Notes: a model not told the origin generated them from the sequence alone. A DNA stretch of 64,000 nucleotides from Octopus sinensis (GCF_006345805.1 NC_043002.1:108314001-108378000); one strand, 5' to 3'. Shown: positions 39,670 through 53,585, counted from the stretch's first letter. Numbers and translations: made by a program.

Positions 39670-39904
39670 CAGGGTAGTCCAAAAGTAGGTTTACAGTTAT
39701 CACGTAAACACTTTAAATTTCTTTTAAAACATTTTATTACATTTAAATTTTTATCTTACAAACTAAAAGTGGAGTTTGACAAAATTAACTAAATTAGCAT
39801 AGAATAATGGTTTCATATTTTTTTATAATTAAGACCTAAACTATTAATATATGAATGCGAAAGAGATAGTTGAATAACTGTAAACCTACTTTTGGGACAC
39901 CCTG
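39670..39904. mobile_element. Tc1/mariner-type MITE (235 bp)
   Basis: ~30-bp near-perfect TIRs CAGGGTAGTCCAAAAGTAGGTTTACAGTTA; TA flanks. Confidence 0.9.
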
Positions 39905-40187
39905 TATATATATTTACGTGATGCTGTGTGGAATCATGTGAAAGTGTCCAGGCAGTGCCATGTGACAGTGCCCATGAGGCACCACATAAAAGTGCCCATG
40001 TGGTGCATCGTAAAAGTACCCAGCACACTCTATAAAGGGGTTGGCATTAGGAAGGGCATCCAGCCATAGAAACCATGCTAAATCAGACTAGAACTTGCTG
40101 CAGCTCTCTGGCTTGCCAGCTCTGGTTACACCATCCAACCAATGCCACTATGAAAATAGGCATTAAATGATGGTGATGATGATGATG

Positions 40188-40218
<31 letters not shown>

Positions 40219-40294
40219 ATATATATGTAGGTCCCGGGTTGAGTCGGGGTTAACCACAGTAAATAAGGTACTCAATACATAGCAGAGTAAATTA

Positions 40295-40430
40295 ATTTAT
40301 TTTATAGAAGGAGCTTCTACAGGACTAGAACTGTTTCATTCAAAAGAAATCATCAGGAAATCATCATTGGCTTCTTGATGATTTCTTTTGAATGAAACAG
40401 TTCTAGTCCTGTAGAAGCTCCTTCTATAAA

Positions 40431-40436
<6 letters not shown>
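40295..40436. repeat. Perfect 61-bp inverted repeat (20-nt spacer) within a PLE-like terminal unit
   Basis: Arms 40295-40355 and 40376-40436; contain TGATGA...GAAAC; unit flanked by (TA)n. Confidence 0.85.
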
Positions 40437-40465
<29 letters not shown>

Positions 40466-40559
40466 TAGATGAATGAATTATCCTAGTATGGATAATACGG
40501 TTAATCGATACCTGGGTAGCAAAGTTCGTCTTGAGGCTGATTGATAGAGGTTCCTTGTA

Positions 40560-40640
40560 TTTCCTGATGAGAAGACGACATAATGCAACCTTCATTCCTT
40601 CGGAATTAAGAGTATGCAGTCTTTGAAACATATGTTGAAA
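40560..40640 (+). ncRNA. Type I hammerhead ribozyme motif with intact core
   Basis: Stem I TTTC/GAAA, CTGATGA, stem II GAAGAC/GTCTTT, GAAA, palindromic stem III ACATATGT, GUU triplet. Confidence 0.7.
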
Positions 40641-40687
40641 GTAAAGGAATTTTGTTAAAATCTTCGTTCGACTCCATTCTTTTCATT

Positions 40688-40756
<69 letters not shown>

Positions 40757-41659
40757 TGGAGTATGCAGTATGTTGCTTAGTAAGGCTGAGGTTCAGTAAA
40801 TTACAAGTAACAGATCTGTGGGTCACACCAATTTTGTTGCCTGACTTCCTGCTTAATATGAGTAAGCTGACACTACACAATACACACATGCATGCAAGCA
40901 CACACACACACACACACACACACACATTCTTTTATTGTTTTAATGGTAACAGTCATGCTGGAGCACTGCCTTTAATTTCGAGCAGTTTCGTTGTCGCTTT
41001 TTGGGGTGGAAGTCGGTCAATGATTGATTTTGAAGCCGCTGATCTTCCCTGCGTGTATCTTTGAATGGTTGCCTGGTCTGGTATCATTGTTAGCTTATCC
41101 AAGTCAAAACAGATGTAGCAGTGTGTGTGTGTGTGTGTGTGTGAATGTATGTGTAGAACCATCTATGCATGTATAGTCTCTGAAAGTTTTCTTTTGGTTT
41201 CAGGTGTTTGTGTTGCTGTTGTTTAACACTAGGCTATACCTGTTGAAGCCAGCTTAGGATCAAAAGCATTCCAGCCATGGCAATCTTACCTTTTTGTAAG
41301 TGGGGAATAGTGTAAGCCTAGACTACATCAGCCAATGTGTTCTTCAATTATCAAGATAGTGTGACATGAAGGAAATATGGCTATTATTTCTAGCAGGTCG
41401 ATGGACCACATAGAGGTTCTTCTTGTGTCAAAAGTTACAGTATTTTTAATATAGGTTTCAGTACCTAAAGTGAATATGGAATCATTCTCTGGAGAAGAAG
41501 GGAAGGTTATAAGAGACTTTCTTAGATGCTCAAGAATATATTTTACCAAAAGAAAAAAATATAGATGTAGGTTCCACAATGTTATGAAGAGCATCCAGTA
41601 ATACAGTGGAACCATATTCCAAATAGAATTCAGATTACCAAAATTGCCCAAGATACAGT

Positions 41660-41946
41660 CTTTGTGAATAAGTTCTTGGAATCTCGGCTGCGGGGTCATT
41701 CCGAAAAGCTCTACCTGCGACGATTTCATCTCAATCGAAGGAGAGGAGCTTTCTCTGTCCAGGTTGCGGATCCGTGGAACAAGCTGCCAGACGAGATGGT
41801 GAAGATGCTGATGACCACTTTGTTCAAAGTCTCCCTTGACCTCAAGTGGCCTGAACTCTTTACATGAACACCACCCTGTACTTAACTCCATGTCCCCCTA
41901 CATGGCCTTGCTATTTGCTTTTGAGCCAAATTAACTAACTAACTAA
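41660..41946 (+). mobile_element. CR1-type LINE 3' end
   Basis: LRGHSEKL...FSVQVADPWNKLPDEMV...FKVSLD C-terminus, short UTR, (TAAC)n tail. Confidence 0.8.
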
Positions 41947-42321
41947 GTCAGTTTACATTGAAGATATTTGCCACATCAGCCCACTCACCACAACAGAACT
42001 GATATCCTAATAAACAAGGTACCATGCTAACAGCTGGTGCCATGGAAAAAACACTGGTGCTGGTGGCACAGAAGAAGCAATCAGTTCTCTCTGTAAAGTG
42101 GTTGTTGGCATTAGGAAGGGCATCTAGCTGTAGAAACCAAGGCAAAACAGGCTATGGAACTTGGTGTAGCCCTTGGCCTTGTCAGCTCTTGTCAAGCCAT
42201 ACAACTTGTGCCAGGATGGACGATGGACGTTAAATGAAGATGATGATGAGGAGGATATCATAAACAACAGAGAGAACTCTGCAGACACTGGACCCAAATG
42301 ACCCTCGCATATACAATCTCA

Positions 42322-42725
42322 GAGCTGGCAGAAACATTAGCACGCCGGGCGAAATGCTTTGCGGTATTTCGTCTGCCGCTACGTTCTGGGTTCAAATTCC
42401 ACCGAGGTCGACTTTGCCTTCGGGGTCGATTAAATAAGTACCAGTTACGCACTGGGGTCGATGTAATCGACTTACTCCGTTTGTCTGTCCTTGCTTGTCC
42501 CTTCTGTGTGTAGCCCCTTGTGGGTAGTAAAGAAATAGGAAATAGGTATTTCGTCTGCCGTTACGTTCTGAGTTCAAATTCCGCCGAGGTCGACTTTGCC
42601 TTTCTTCCTTTCGGGGTTGATTAAATAAGTACCAGATATGCACTGGGGTCGATGTAATCGACTTACTCCGTTTGTCTGTCCTTGCTTGTCCCTTCTGTGT
42701 GTAGCCCCTTGTGGGTAGTAAAGAA
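42322..42725 (+). mobile_element. SINE family B with tandem partial duplication
   Basis: Two consecutive copies sharing the variants TTACTCCGTTTG and CTTGCTTGTCCCTTC. Confidence 0.8.
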
Positions 42726-43014
42726 ATATATACAATCTCGCCCTATTCTCTAATAACAAGGGACACTTTGGATAATGTTGTCCTTGATATACCATGTCTA
42801 AAAAAGATGAAACAGCCATGGATGGAATGCTTTTTGAGGCAGGTCTGTTCGAACAAGGATGAACTGAGATGAGGGAACATGACAAGAATCCCTCTGGGTA
42901 AAATAAGTGGACAATGCTTGCAGGGAAGGATTGAATTAACCCCTGAATATTCCCAGAACAAATTAGAGATGAAGAAAAATATAGATCAATCTCAGGAGGA
43001 TTTGAACTGAGGTC

Positions 43015-43340
43015 AGTGGCATGTAAAAAGCACCATCCGAATCGTGGCCGAAGCCAGTGCTGCCTCGACTGGCTTCCGTGCAGGTGGCACGTAAAATGCA
43101 CCAAACCGACCGTGGCCGATGCCAGCCTCGCCTGGCACCAGTGCAGGTGGCACGTAAAAAGCACCCACTACACTCACGGAGTGGTTGGCGTTAGGAAGGG
43201 CATCCAGCTGTAGAAACATTGCCAGATAAGACCGGAGCCTGGTGCAGCCTTCTGGCTTCCCAGATCCCCGGTTGAACCGTCCAACCCATGCTAGCATGGA
43301 GAACGGACGTTAAACGATGATGATGATGATGATGATGATG
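43015..43340 (+). mobile_element. Family C (RTE 3' tail), young copy
   Basis: TGGCACGTAAAAAGCACC repeats; CCAACCCATGCTAGCATGG; (GAT)n tail. Confidence 0.75.
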
Positions 43341-43761
43341 AATACAAAAAACCAAGAGGTCACACTGTCAATTACACAGTTCAGTGCTCTACACTTTGAG
43401 CTGATCTGTTGATAAAATTGTTTAAATTGTATGGATCATTATTTGGGCACAAATACACATTGTAACACACAGAGTAAGAACATGTAATGTATTGCCAAAC
43501 TCTTTTATGCAATCAATTTTCAATGTGTCTATTGACAAATAATTGCTGTATTTACTATTATTATAGCTTGTGTATTCTTATGTTTCATTGTTTTTTTTTA
43601 CTTTAATCATTTGTCTATTCAATAATGTTAGAATTAAAAATACAATTCACGAAAATTTCAGCGTCTAAAATTCACACAATTTAATTTACTACACAGAGTA
43701 GCTATTTTTTCTCTCTCTCTCTCTTCTAAACACAAACATTCACAAAGTGATATATACACAC

Positions 43762-43801
<40 letters not shown>

Positions 43802-45351
43802 CCACCCTCTTGTCACCACCATCATCATCATCATCATCATCATTTAACATTCCTTTTCCACAGTTCATCGGTCAGACAGAATTTGTTGAAGCAGATTTGC
43901 TCTGGTCGGGTGCCTTTCCTGTTGCCAACCCTCCCCATGACCAGACATGTCTTTTCATGGAAGACTGAAAATAAACAACCACACTTACAAGATGATATTC
44001 ATTTTAAAAAGTCTTAATAAGGGTACACCCAGTTACCTCCACTCTGACCCTAGAACTGTCCATCCCTTATTTTTGCACTACTCTCACCAAACACCTCTTT
44101 TCTGTCTTTCTGTGCCTTCAGGTAAGCTCCCTCCTCTACCAAATTCCATCTTAACACCTCACATGTTTGCTATGGTTCTCAACACCCTTTTATATCCACC
44201 TTCGCACACCCAACCATTACCTCTACATCTCCTCCTCCACCACTCCTACGCTTTGCACATGATCCTTCCCCACCACCTTCTGATCTATCCTCCTTCTTGA
44301 ATCACTAGAATCCCTCTCACCTTACACCCTCTCCATATTGATATCCCTACCAGCTCCACCTCCACATTCTCTTCTCCCATCCTTAACTATTTCTTACTCT
44401 CCCTTCTGATTCTTATGAATCTACCCACCCTCCCCATTTCTCCCCTCTGATTCCCTGTCCATATCCTCTCTTATACTAACCTTCTCCCCTACCCTGAGTG
44501 TTTTCTCCAGCAACACATCACTTCCATCTTTATCTCCTCCCCAGCTACTCCTCCTCCTCCCCCTCCTCATCCTTATGTAATGTGAGGTTGCCATGTATCT
44601 CTTCTATAGCAAGGCATCTGTGCTTGCCCTTCCCTCATACTTCAGTCTCTCAGTACTTGGCATAAAGCTACCTCTCTCCACCCCTCCTCCCTGCACTTGG
44701 ATCATTTCCTCTTCTTTTCTGTCTTTCAACTTGGCAACCTCACCAGTGCTGGTGGCAGGAATAAAAGGGGTTGGCATTAGGAAAGGGCATCCAGCTGATT
44801 CTGGATCCCAGCGCAGCCCTGCTGCTTGCCAGATCCTGTTAAACCATTTAGCTCATGCCAGCATGGAAAACGGATGCTAAACGATGATGGTGATACACAC
44901 ACACACATACATACATACTGTGCTTCTTGCAGTTTCCATCAACCAAATCCACCCATAAGGCCTTGGTTGGCCTAGGGCTATAGTAGAAGCCACACACCCA
45001 CGGTGCCATCCTGGCATTACAAAATTGTAAAACCATGACTTTTATAAATAGAAAGTTTGTGAAAAAGAAAATTTGTATTTATAAATTGTTGTCTTTCTTA
45101 TAAACTCATGGACAACATGTCTGATCATTTTCTTCACAAACCAATTCAAAGTTGTGTACAGTGATGCATTAGAATGTCCCAGGAGCAAATCTAAAGGTAT
45201 GTCACAAAAACGGCACAGTCCAGTCAATGGGGTCTGAATAAGAAGCATGGTCCATCCAATGATGCACTGACCCAATCTCTGTCTACAGAGTTTGAACAAC
45301 AAACTAGAAATAACAGTATAATCTTCCTGAAAAGGAAGGTTGTATGAAATA

Positions 45352-45566
45352 ATCCTTTCTACTATAGGTACAAGGCCTGAAATTTGGGGCAGGGGAATAG
45401 TCAATTACATCAACCCCCAGTACTCGACTGGTACTTAATTTATTGACCCCAAAATGATGGAAGGCAAAGTCTACCTCAGCAGAATTTGAACTCAGAACAT
45501 AGCGGCGGGCGAAATACCGCTAAGCATTTTGTCCAGTATGCTAATGATTCTGCCAGCTCACCACCT
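45352..45566 (-). mobile_element. SINE family B
   Basis: Reverse complement of consensus. Confidence 0.78.
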
Positions 45567-45936
45567 TATCACACCCTATTATATTAAAAAAGGAGAAAGA
45601 CATAAAAGATTATGGTCTTGGATGTTTAGTGTCTGAAGAAAGAGAAGATAATCGCTTGAATGGCTTTGGCCATTGGTCAGCTCAGTTAGGGATGAACTGA
45701 AGATAAATAACAATAAGGTATTGTACCCTCCTTCTGGCTCTACTAGGGTTCCTGCTTCTCTAACTCTCTTGATACCAATCCACCTCGGACCATCTCTACT
45801 TTTACAACACAAAACCTTTAATTTTACAGTGTTCATATTATAATCCAGATCACCCCTCAGGATTTTAAGAACTTTTTGCTGCTAAGTTATGATCCAAACA
45901 CCACCATGCACTGCTCTCTCACTCAACAACTACAAC

Positions 45937-45985
<49 letters not shown>

Positions 45986-45993
45986 TAGTGAAT

Positions 45994-46409
45994 AGGCGCA
46001 GGAGTGACTGTGTGGTAAGTAGCTTGCTAACCAACCACATGGTTGCGGGTTCAGTCCCACTGCGTGGCATCTTGGGCAAGTGTCTTCTGCTATAGCCCCG
46101 GGCCGACCAATGCCTTGTGAGTGGATTTGGTAGATGGAAACTGAAAGAAGCCCATCGTATATATGTATATATATATATATGTGTTTGTGTGTGTGTTTGT
46201 GTGTCTGTGTTTGACCCCTAGCATTGCTTGACAACCGATGCTGGTGTGTTTACGTCCCCGTCACTTAGCGGTTCGGCAAAAGAAACCGATAGAATAAGTA
46301 CTGGGCTTACAAAGAATAAGTCCCGGGGTCGATTTGCTCGACTAAAGGCGGTGCTCCAGCATGGCCGCAGTCAAATGACTGAAACAAGTAAAAGATAAAA
46401 GATAAAAGA
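45994..46409 (+). mobile_element. SINE family A, full length
   Basis: Consensus match with (GATAAAA)n tail. Confidence 0.85.
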
Positions 46410-47548
46410 TTGAAAGAAATTGAAAAAAAATGAGAAATACCAGGATCTAGCCAGAGAGATAAAGGTCAGTTATTATAGAAAATCCATCCGATTTTACAGT
46501 TACATCTAAAATAAATTGAACCATATAATGTATTTCATTAGAAATAAGGTCATAAAAGGGGGTTTTGAATCACCTGATTTCTGTAGCTCCCTTCCCCTTG
46601 TTATCCCTACAACATCACACTCTTAAAAACCTAAATATGAAACCCGAGTATTTATCTTCGCCAGAACTGAAATCATCTTAAATTCCCGCCCTGCCCCTAC
46701 TTTACCTAATTTGACCATCAACTACATTAATTTCACTGGTTTGAGATACCTTGTAAAAAGCATGGGACACAAACCCCCTCCTATTCCGCTAAAAGAGAAA
46801 TGGAAGGCTGTACACTGAAGTTAATCTTTTAATGTGAAGGATTTCAGTTTAGTTAATCTTTCTTACATTTAAAGGTTTTAAGATTAGGGAATTATGGGCA
46901 GTGTTATTTTATGGGATTTAGGATGTTGAAGCAAACCTTGTCTTAGGCTAATGTAAATAGAGATAAGTTTCACTTAATATAATTCAATAGTAAGCCTTCT
47001 TGTTGACACCTATTTGAAGCTGTCCACTGTCCCCTTTCTATCACAGCATAAAACTTGATTGGCTCAAGCAATTGTTTTCGTTTTGTGCTCTTCAAATTAT
47101 TTATTCTAACTACCACCAAGATTACCATTTTCAAATGCATTTATCAAGGCAAAGGTTGGCAAATATAAAGTGAGGTCTTTTTTTTTTCCCACTGCAAAAA
47201 ATAGGGAAGATGGTTGATTCCAAGGCCTTTTGTTGATTAAAAGAATTTTTTTGCTATCAAATAATCCTGGAAAAGAACTTTTAAGCAGGAAGAACATAAA
47301 CACTTGTGATCGCATGAACAAATAATAATGATGATGATGATGATGATGATGATAACAATAATAACAGTTTCAAATTTTGGCACAAGGCCAGCAATTTCAG
47401 AGTTGTGGGGTTAAGTAAATTACATCAACCCCAGTGTCCAACTGGTATTCATTTTATTGAGCTTAAAAGGATAAAAGTAAGTTGACCTTAAAGTCAGAAC
47501 AAATGCTGCTAAGCATTTTTCTGTCCTGGTAACCATTCTGCCAGCCTA

Positions 47549-47598
<50 letters not shown>

Positions 47599-47601
<3 letters not shown>

Positions 47602-48105
47602 GACTCTGTGGAAAGAGTGTGGAAAATGCGATCCACTTGGTAAGTGGATGTGAGAGCCTTGCACAAAAAGAATACAAGCGCCGCCAATATAAAGTGCATG
47701 TATCTTCATTGGCTCTTATGCCATAAATATCAATATGAAGTAACAGAGAACTGGTATGAGCATGTACCAAGTAAAGTTATGCAGGAGGATGGAAAAGTAA
47801 TGATACTCTGGGACTATGGTTTTCAGACGGATCGTGTGATCGAACACTGTCGGCTGGATATTGTCATATTGAATAAGAGAGACAAATACTGTCAGATCAT
47901 TGATGTAGCCATACCAAATGACTTGAATGTTGTGAGTAAAGAGGCTGAAAAAAATCACCAAGGAATCCAAATTGAAAGTGGAAATGGCAAGTCTTTATGG
48001 GAAGCGAGAGGGTTAATGTAAAAGTGATACCAGTGGTGATCGGAGCGTTGGGCTCAATCCCATTGAAACTTCAAGACGTCTTTAGGCAACTGGAAATCCC
48101 ATGCA
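47599..48105 (+). pseudogene. Second Dong/R4-clade LINE fragment (endonuclease region), different subfamily
   Basis: Begins right after (TAA)n; HWLLCHKY..WYEHVP..ILWDYGFQTDRVIEHCRLDIV..IIDVAIP..IPVVIGALG, frameshifted. Confidence 0.85.
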
Positions 48106-48389
48106 ACCCCAGTGTCTAATTGGTATTCATTTTATTGAGCTCAAAAGGTGAAGAATATAGTTGATTGTATTGACCCCAGTAGATGAGATGAGTGGTACAT
48201 TATTTTATCAAACCCAGGATGGGGGAAAGCAAAATTAAACTCAGTGGAATTTGAAGTGAGAATGAAAAAGAACCAAAAACCAAACAGCAATTACAAAACT
48301 CTCACTTTGGAGGTATTTCTTCAAGGATTACTTTAAAAACACATTTAGCTTTTTAGTTTATTTTATTCAAAGTTTCCCGAATATTAAGT

Positions 48390-48710
48390 GAAGGTGCATG
48401 GCTTAGTGGTTAGCGCTTTTGGCTCACAAATGTAAGGTCATAAGTTCAATTCCCAGTGGTGCACTGTGTCCTTGAGCAAGACACTTCATTTCACGTTGTT
48501 CCACTACACTCATCTGGCAAAAATGAGTTGTACCTGTATGTCAAAGGGCTAACCTTGTCAGAGTCTGCATCATGCTGAATCTCCCTGAGGACTATGTTAA
48601 GGGCACATGTGTCTGTGAAGTGCTCAGCCACTTGTACATTAATTTCATGAGCAGGCTATTCCGTTGATTGGGTCAACTGGAACAATTGTCACTGTGACCA
48701 ATGGACTGCC
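48390..48710 (+). mobile_element. tRNA-derived SINE family D variant
   Basis: A/B boxes; TGTGTCCTTGAGCAAGACACTT body; 3' tail homologous to 34085-34268. Confidence 0.7.
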
Positions 48711-48799
48711 ACTTCTGGAATATTTAAGCATTCCTCCACCCCAACATGATGGGGTGGGAAAATGGTTCATTCTAAGACATTTGTTTAATTCATACATAC

Positions 48800-49205
48800 A
48801 TCATCATCATCATCATTTAATGTCTGCTTTCCATTCTGGCATGGGTTGGACAGTTTGAATGAGGACTGGCAAGTCGGGAGGCTGCATCAGGCTCCAGCCC
48901 AATTTGGCTAGGTTTCTACAGCTGGATGCCCTTCCTAATGCCAACCACTCCAAGAGTGTAGTGGGTGCTTTTTACATGCCACCAGCATGGGAGCCAGTCA
49001 GGCGGCACTAGCGTCAACCATGCTCAAATGATGCTTTTTATGTGCCAACAGCATGGGTACAAGTCAGGTGGCACTGACATCAGTCACAATCGAATATTGC
49101 TTTTTACATACCACCAGCATGGATGCCAATCAGGCGGCACTGGCATTGGTCACACTTGCATGGCACTTTTTAGGAGCAAAAAGCACCACTTGCATGGTGC
49201 TTTTT
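48800..49205 (-). mobile_element. Family C (RTE 3' tail with minisatellite)
   Basis: (CAT)n, tail motif and GCTTTTTACATGCCACCAGCA repeats. Confidence 0.7.
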
Positions 49206-49949
49206 AGGACAAATATCTATCAAATGTAAATAATGTAAATAACGTAATCTTTCGTGTAATAATGATCTTTCAAGCCAAGATTTAAATCTTAAACGTGCAA
49301 TGAAGATATAGTTTCGATCAATTGTCAAGGTTAAAGATAACAAAATATTTGCAGCAAGTACTGACTGATGACTCAGAATTTAGGAATTCATAACAGGGTA
49401 TGTTTAGCACATATACCTTTTATATATACCTGTGTGTTTGTGTGTGTTTATTTTAAAATTATATCATCAGAAATACAGGTTGAACCTTACTAAGCTGACA
49501 AGTTCAGGACCAGTCAAGTTCATGAAGAGCAAATTTTTGTGAAGCAGCGAAGCTTGCATCTATTGTATTGTCTTATTAATATCAATATAACTTCTTACAC
49601 CTAGCTCAGGCTGACTCGGCTCCTTTGTTACAAAGAGTTTAGTGTGGACACAAAGGTTTAGTATTGTGTACGGTGGACACAAAACTAAGTAGATAAGTTG
49701 AAAAAGAAAAAAATCAAAGAAAAATTTATAAAAGATTATATCAAAATTGGGAACAGGCACAGGTATGGCTGTGTGGTAAGAAACTTACTTCTCAACCACA
49801 TGGTTCTGGGTTCAATCTCACTGCATGGCATCTTGGGCAAGTATCTTCTACTATAACCTCAATCCAACTAAAGTCTTTGAATTTGAAAAAAGGAAACTGA
49901 AAGAAGCCCATTGTGTGTGTTTGTGTGTGTGTGCATATATATACTCCTT

Positions 49950-50150
49950 ACTCTCTTTTATACTCTTTTACTTGTTTCAGTCATTTGACTGCGGCCATGC
50001 TGGAGCACCGCCTTTAGTCAAGCAAATCGACCCAGAACTTATTCTTTGTAAGCTTAGTACTTATTCTATCGGTCTCTTTTGCCAAACTGCTAAGTTACAG
50101 GGACATAAACACACCACCATCAGTTGTCTAGTGATGTTGGGGGAACAAAC

Positions 50151-50205
<55 letters not shown>

Positions 50206-50367
50206 TACAACAGGCTTCTTTCAGTTTCCGTCTACCAAATCCACTCACAAGGCTTTGGTCGGCCCGAGGCTATAGTAGAAGACACTTGCCCAGGGTGCCA
50301 CACAGTGGGACTGAACCTGGAACCATGTGGTTGGTAAGCAAGCTACTTACCACACAGCCACTCCTGC
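49950..50367 (-). mobile_element. SINE family A, full length
   Basis: Reverse complement of consensus. Confidence 0.85.
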
Positions 50368-50370
50368 ACC

Positions 50371-50403
<33 letters not shown>

Positions 50404-50408
50404 GCATA

Positions 50409-50453
<45 letters not shown>

Positions 50454-53371
50454 AGTGCCATGCAACCTATACCATGTAAATGGTATCCATGCCGGTGGCA
50501 TGTAAAAAGCACCCATTACACTTTTGGAGTGGTTGGCATTAGGAAGAGCATCCTACTGTAGAAACATTGCCGGATCAGATTGGAGCCTGGTGCAGCTCAT
50601 CAGCTCCAGTCAAACCATCTCACCTATGCCAGCATGGAGAGCAGATGTTAAATGATGGTGATGATGATGACACACATGCATGTGTGTGTGTGTGTGCGTG
50701 CATGCAGCTGTGTTTGTCCCTTATACCTGCTTGACAACTGTTGGTGGTTTGTTTACATCCCGGTAAGCTAGCGATTCAGCAAAAGAGACCGATAGAATAA
50801 GAAAAAAACTTTAAAAACAAATCAAGAGGATCGATTCATTCAGCTAAAAATTCTTCAAGGCGGTGCCCCAGCATGGCCCCGGTCTAATGACAGACAAGTA
50901 AAAGAAAGCAATGGTTTATTTACATTAACTGTAAATCCACAAGAAACTTTCAGTAAACAAAACTCCTACAAATTTACAATAAATAGATAAAGCACTTTCC
51001 ACCCATTTTCATTTACCTTCATTTAACGTTGGATCTGTTTCTGACAACCATCAGACTTTTGGTATCAGCAAAATTTTCTTTTCTTTTATTGTTTCTTAAC
51101 ATCATACCCTGGCAATGGACCAATGCTTTATTCTCCACATAAGACTCGTCGATGTTCTACCCTCCAGCTTTTTAATCGTGACAACTTTTGTAATGCTACA
51201 TGTTTATGTTTTGTTGTGTTACTACATGCTTGCCTCTCAGCGGAAATATTCAAGGGTAAACTATCTGCAATAAAAAGTTACATCTGTGCTTGTACGGCAG
51301 CAGTATCAGCTATCTTCAGTAAGATTCATTCCTCCCTTGCATTCTCTAACCATACATCATCTACACAACCGAGACACCACATGCCAAACCTGCATTCACT
51401 CCATCAACAGGGACCTTCAGAGAATCCTCCACCTCGCCTCTTTTAACAGTAAAGAGACCAAAAAAAAAAAACCCCACTCAAGTGCTTCTTACATCAAGCA
51501 GACACCACTGCACCACAACCTTTTCTAATCATGAGTGGCCCTCAGCTAGAGTCCCTGCAATCACTCAAAATGCTGGGCCTGGCAGATTCCATAACATAGT
51601 TAAAACTACATCTCAAAGACCAGACCTTTTTATGTCCAGAAAACATTTCAGCCCACAGATGCCTGCTGACTCTCTACAAGGCCCAAGACATCATCACCTT
51701 GGAACCTCCTCTCTGTTCATGTCTTTCCAGTTGTTGACTTTCTACAACTTAAATGGACCATTAACAGCATCAAACTCGCCAGTCATGAAGGACTGCACGG
51801 GGGGGGGGGCTACAGGCTCTGCCCCTTCCTCCAGACTCAGCAAACGAATAAACAATATGGGATGCTGGGGATACCACAACTGAACAAATGATCAACTAAG
51901 CTAAAAACTGTCAAATTCAGATTAACATCCTAAACCCATGAAACTACCAGAGTTACAGAGGCTCAACCAGTATTTGATCCAGAATTAATGAACCTCAACC
52001 TGTGTTCAATCCAGGATCTACCCATTTACAGTTGTCACCTACTCTCCCCTACATTATCATTATTTAACATTTGCTCTTAACATTCCCCGCTCTTTTCCAT
52101 TTCCTATTACACTCTCCCATACACTGCTCCTACCTCTAGCCACCCACACTTCCTATTCTCTTGCCCCCTTTCACTTCTGCTCACTACCTTTAGGGTTCAC
52201 CATGGCATTTTGATGCCACTATTTTATCACTTTTCAGATCCATCCTGGTTACTCTTTTCTTCTCTCCTATAATGTAGCTCCTCTACAGCAAGAAACCTTT
52301 TGTGTTCTGGCCCCTTGTTTCCCACTTTATCCCCCTCATCCCAAAGCATAAAGCTGCATCCCTCTCTACTGTAGCCCCACTTAGTCAAAAGGGATCTTAG
52401 TTTTGCTGGCTGCACAGCAAGCTCACTAGTGTTGATACCATATAAAAAAGCACCCAGTATATAGTGTAACGTGGCTGGTGTTAGGAAGAGCTTTCAGTTG
52501 TAGAAACCATGGCAAAGTAGACAGTGGAGTGTGATGCAGTCTTCAGAGCTGTCAAACAATCTGACCCATGCTAGTGTGGAAGATGGACATTAGATGATGA
52601 TGATGATGATGATGATGGAGATTATGTAGGCTGCTATAATGACTGACAGCGGTGATAGTAGGATCTATTTTTACATCTGAAACAAACTAAAAAGATTACG
52701 GCTTTAAATATACATCTGCTGTTTATTTAATAATTATGAAATTTTAGACAAGTAGGTTACACATCTTGCTTTTGTATACATTAATGTCTGTCATCATTGT
52801 TTCTCTCTACAGCTGGACCTTATGGTAGATGTAAACAGGGGAAGGTTAAACATAGCAAGCCAACCCAATGATAGTAAATTTGGATGTTGAATATAATTAA
52901 TAAAACAAGCTATAAATAATATATAAAACTCGTCTTATGCCTGCAGAATTGTTTCCTTTTGCATAAGAAATAGGTTCAGTGTGAAGTGTTAGAATTTATC
53001 TGCTCTTCATGGTACGGTACACTTATTCCCATTTTGGTGAAGTTTATAATGTATGCAGATAGCTTCTATTTGATGGTGATTGGTAGATGGATGGGGGCAG
53101 TAATTTCATCCAGGTGTTTGTGTTTTAATTATTTATGTCTTAAAGATAGCAGCTGCAACAGGAGCAGTGGCAGCCAAGTCAATGAGAGAGCCTATATGTG
53201 GTTACTGAATCTGCTAGAAACAGCAACCAAATTTCCCTTGAATCATATCCTACTAGCTTGCTCTCCCTGTCACCAACCCTCATCTGCTCCCCCATGCAAG
53301 GTAATGTTTTTCCATGACCAGACATGTTTTCTTGTGATGTCAAGACTAGGAGACACAATCATGCACGCACA

Positions 53372-53585
53372 TGAGGGAGTGTTGGAAAGTTCTTGGCTTT
53401 AAGGGCACCATGAAAAGTCTGGCTGGAGACCCAGCCTTCTGAGTTCTTTCACAGGTTTAAAAACTGAAGGACTGCTGCAATGAGTGTGTCAATCTGAGAG
53501 GGGAATATGTTGAATAAAATCATAATTAACTGATCCGCCTGTATTTTCTTTTACCCAAAGCCAGAATCTTTTTAGTACCCTCTCA
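53372..53585 (+). mobile_element. Internally deleted mariner-like element
   Basis: Degenerate TIRs TGAGGGAGTGTTGGAAAGTTCTTGGCTTT; transposase C-terminal peptide KLKDCCNECVNLRGEYVE*. Confidence 0.65.

Noticed and set aside
46550-47290. Possible L1/Tx1 RT remnant on the minus strand
   Set aside because: Only a weak QQKA-like motif; too decayed to support.
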